Virus record (IMG/VR): IMGVR_UViG_3300025314_000001 | Coordinates: 42,686 to 106,685 of that record | Origin: a virus | DNA: 64,000 nucleotides | Strand: one strand, 5' to 3' | Shown: positions 61,234 to 64,000 of the stretch, piece by piece | How the letters are laid out: every line of letters begins with the position of its first letter | Numbering within the stretch: position 1 is the stretch's first letter | The notes under the pieces: model-generated | Database searches by the model: none | The model's input: the letters and a program-made list of their open reading frames with translations, nothing else | What the model was told of the DNA's origin: nothing | Program-made: the position numbers and the translations under genes

Positions 61234-62961
61234 ATGACACGCACAGTACAACGTTCGAGTCTGGGTCGTCGCAGGAAGGGTGACCTCCACTCACCCAAAG
61301 GCGAGGCCAAGATGCACTCAGCCAAACTTGAGCTCACGCGCTCAAGTCCTCTGCATCCCGGCGACCTGGACTCGAGCGCTGCACCGTCTAAGGGACCCAA
61401 GTCGCTTGGGTCAGCGGATCTTGACCTGGCTCGGGAGTGGCTCACATCAGAACTCCTGTTGCGTGGAGTTCAGAAGCCAGTCGTCTTCCGTGCCCGCAAG
61501 GGCCACGGCGTCGAAGTAAAAGACGGAAAACGCAAGCTTGGGCAGCTCGATAACACTGAGTTGCTTACGCATGATACATCGGCGATCGATGGGTTGTTCC
61601 GAATACGAGGATGCCTCAAGGTTGAGTTGAACCCTGCGGATGCGGCAGAGAGTAGCTGGCTGTTGTTCGGTCTCTCTCGGGCTGTTGTAGCCGGGCAGAG
61701 AGCGGCAGTATTATCGCTGTTCCGTGGTGACAACGGAACAGTCAACGCAGGAACTCACGCATATCGGGTTCTATCCGCGACAGTGACCGATTTCTTGTCG
61801 AAGTCCAAAGATGACCGCGTTCACGGTCTATCCGTGTGCGGAGATGTCATGGCGATGGCCAGCAAATTGGCGGCCGACAAGTTTGCTTTGTGGCAACGTT
61901 CGAACCAAGCCGACCAGTCTCCGCCATGGTTCACATCTATCTCGATGCCAATCAAGGATTCCCGCTATCGGCTTGAGTTGCAGGGCAGAGAACTGTATGT
62001 GACCCTGGGAGTCCAGGGTGCTGTAGAGCGTCGGATCCCTGAGATCCGATTCAAGGCCTACGGTAGGGGGCCATCGGCTTGGGCGGATATCCGGCGACTT
62101 CTCTCTGGTGAGTACGCGCGCGCCGCGGCCCGGCTGGTATGGGACTGCAACAGACGACGTTGGACGCTAAATATCTCCTACTCGCGGGCGCGTCCGGAGC
62201 TGCAGAGCGGGACCGGCGCGATGGCCGTATGCCCCGGCATTGACTCGTTCGTGCGGTGCTACACAGACGATGCCTGGAAAGGTCCACAGGACAACACAGC
62301 GAGCCTGGTAGCGTTCAAGCTTGGGCTTGACGCCCGCAAAGCGAGCCGCGGTCAACACAAGGACTTCCAGGGCCATGGTGCACGCGGCCACGGAGTGAAA
62401 CGGTTCACTCGATTACTGCGGCACTTCTCCGAGTTGGAAACAAACTTTACACGAACCCACATCGAACAGGCAGCGTCTCGCGTCCGGCGCCTCGCCACTG
62501 GGGACCGGCTAGGGAAACATGGCTGGAATGAGACGCGAGGCCCCGTCGGGGAGGTCCTAGTTGCTGATTTCGGTAACTTCTGCCCCACGCACTCGAATGC
62601 TCGGGTGGAGAAGATCCTGCGCCGATATCCAATCTGTACCGCACGCGACAAGATCTGCTGGGCCCTTACCAAGGCAGGAATCCCCCATCGAGTCGTCAAG
62701 CCGACAAACGTTTGCCCTCACTGTGGCAAATCCAAGCTGAAGCACTTTTGCGGTTATGACTGGGTCTGTCCGGAATGCCATCTGGTGGCACCTAGAGACC
62801 TATGGACCGGATGGCAGACATTTGTCGCCGGTGGCGCCAGCTCCCACTACGACCTAATCGAGGTAGGTAAGGCTTTCAAAAAGGCAGCCGAATTCGCGGA
62901 CTCTGTCCGCAGAAAGGCGATCAACCATGGAACCGAAGAAACTGACGAAGCTGCTCAATGA
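61234..62961 (+). CDS. Cas12f/TnpB-family effector, predicted nuclease-dead
   Basis: GEY..ARLVWD..RRWTLNISY (WED), AVCPG (RuvC-I, D>C), RGHGVKR..NF (Cas12f1-like), VLVADF (RuvC-II, E>A), CPHCG/CPEC zinc finger, PRDL (RuvC-III); adjacent CRISPR array. Alternative start at ATG 61312. Confidence 0.8.
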   Translation: MTRTVQRSSLGRRRKGDLHSPKGEAKMHSAKLELTRSSPLHPGDLDSSAAPSKGPKSLGSADLDLAREWLTSELLLRGVQKPVVFRARKGHGVEVKDGKRKLGQLDNTELLTHDTSAIDGLFRIRGCLKVELNPADAAESSWLLFGLSRAVVAGQRAAVLSLFRGDNGTVNAGTHAYRVLSATVTDFLSKSKDDRVHGLSVCGDVMAMASKLAADKFALWQRSNQADQSPPWFTSISMPIKDSRYRLELQGRELYVTLGVQGAVERRIPEIRFKAYGRGPSAWADIRRLLSGEYARAAARLVWDCNRRRWTLNISYSRARPELQSGTGAMAVCPGIDSFVRCYTDDAWKGPQDNTASLVAFKLGLDARKASRGQHKDFQGHGARGHGVKRFTRLLRHFSELETNFTRTHIEQAASRVRRLATGDRLGKHGWNETRGPVGEVLVADFGNFCPTHSNARVEKILRRYPICTARDKICWALTKAGIPHRVVKPTNVCPHCGKSKLKHFCGYDWVCPECHLVAPRDLWTGWQTFVAGGASSHYDLIEVGKAFKKAAEFADSVRRKAINHGTEETDEAAQ

Positions 62962-63658
62962 CGCTGGAATCGTATTTGCGCACTGGACCGACTGGGAACT
63001 AGTCCAACGCGAGCTGGCGAACTTTCGAGTTGCACGGGACAAAGCAGAGTCGAGTTACTGTCTGTTCTTGCACGCGGTCGAAACGCGGTCGGCAGATTGG
63101 CGCTCTGGATTGGACTCCAAAGAACCACAGACGTTCGATCACTGGTTACGGAAGAACGCGCTCCACGAAGACCCGGCGCGCTATCGAGCGATGCTATCGG
63201 TAATCGACGATAATGGCTTGGAATGGGTGCAGCGTGTTGGTCCTCTTGCTGCCGCTACGGTGGCCAAGAACCTTCCTCCCGAACTCCGCTCTGAGGGTTT
63301 TGCACGACTAGCCGATAAGCGTGCGGAGATTGGTCAACCGGTCTCACCCAAGACCGCACCGTCAATCATTCAGTCAATCAAGTCGGCGCATCCCGATGTG
63401 TGCCCTTCAACTCCTAAGCGTCCCGAGATTGCGAAGCTACGCGACAAAGTACACACAGCCCGCGTTCATTCCCATTCGCTGGAGAATGAGTTGCGGGAAG
63501 CGAGAACTGCTATCACCGAGCGCGACCGAACGATCGCCCGACTAGAGATTGAGAATATGGAACTTCGCGAGCGGCTCAGTGCTGCTCAAACAGCCTTAGG
63601 CGCTCGCGCTACGCGCAAACCATCGGAATCGCATACTTCTCCGGCTCCGGCCGAGTAG
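62927..63658 (+). CDS. Unknown CRISPR-adjacent protein with C-terminal coiled coil
   Basis: 243 aa; overlaps the effector by 35 nt; lies between effector and array. Confidence 0.75.
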   Translation: MEPKKLTKLLNDAGIVFAHWTDWELVQRELANFRVARDKAESSYCLFLHAVETRSADWRSGLDSKEPQTFDHWLRKNALHEDPARYRAMLSVIDDNGLEWVQRVGPLAAATVAKNLPPELRSEGFARLADKRAEIGQPVSPKTAPSIIQSIKSAHPDVCPSTPKRPEIAKLRDKVHTARVHSHSLENELREARTAITERDRTIARLEIENMELRERLSAAQTALGARATRKPSESHTSPAPAE

Positions 63659-63755
63659 GCGATAACCCATCGGGTAGTGAAAAAGGACACCCGTGCATGA
63701 CCCGCTCGCAAGTTGCTGCGCAACGCATCAGGATCGTGGAGGTTCTAGCGAGCGG

Positions 63756-64000
63756 GTCGGAACGGAGAACAGGATGCGGAGGCAGTGGAGCTCGATGGGG
63801 CTCCGCCTCCTAGGGAGGACTGGACCGGTCGGAACGGAGAACAGGATGCGGAGGCAGTGGAGCATACCGACCAGCGTGCGCGTGGGTGAGCGGGTCATTG
63901 TCGGAACGGAGAACAGGATGCGGAGGCAGTGGAGCCCACTCGTCGGGCGGCTCGTCGTGCAGGGGTGCTGCAGTCGGAACGGAGAACAGGATGCGGAGGC
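63756..64000 (+). CRISPR. CRISPR array (at least 4 repeats, truncated by the window end)
   Basis: 36-bp repeat GTCGGAACGGAGAACAGGATGCGGAGGCAGTGGAGC at 63756, 63828, 63900 and 63973 (partial); unique spacers of 36, 36 and 37 bp. Orientation inferred. Confidence 0.95.

Noticed and set aside
63756-63791. Assignment to Cas12j (CasPhi) because the repeat starts GTCGGAACG
   Set aside because: The repeat lacks a strong 3' hairpin, and the protein is shorter with Cas12f1-like motifs.

Overview
The window is most of a GC-rich temperate tailed phage genome, probably a myovirus because of the tail-sheath gene start at 1-200. A myxobacterial host is suggested only by a Cys-rich lipoprotein and the base composition. 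A tRNA-3'-end att core beside the integrase has phage genes on both sides, so this looks like the attP (unintegrated) configuration. Layout: 1-18.9 kb, minus-strand late operon (neck/tail, a glycosyltransferase-methyltransferase-bacterioferritin insert, capsid, scaffold, minor head, portal, TerL, TerS, ParB-N, PAPS-reductase-like PP-loop enzyme, three unannotated small basic peptides, a degenerate tRNA). 19.4-26.2 kb, plus-strand small genes and a 5'-truncated IS605 tnpB. 26.2-55.1 kb, minus-strand replication, nucleotide metabolism, methylase and integration genes. 55 kb, cro/cI switch. 55.8-60.7 kb, recombination genes. The main finding is at 60.7-64 kb: a highly structured ~470-nt non-coding segment, then a Cas12f/TnpB-family protein whose RuvC-I Asp and RuvC-II Glu appear substituted (nuclease-dead), an overlapping unknown coiled-coil gene, and a CRISPR array with a 36-bp repeat that runs off the window edge. 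No cas1/cas2 is visible. A second candidate system is two tandem peptides sharing a C-terminal ...RFTPGxGSSAG tail directly upstream of the PP-loop/ParB/terminase genes. All protein calls come from motif recognition by eye; no database searches were run.
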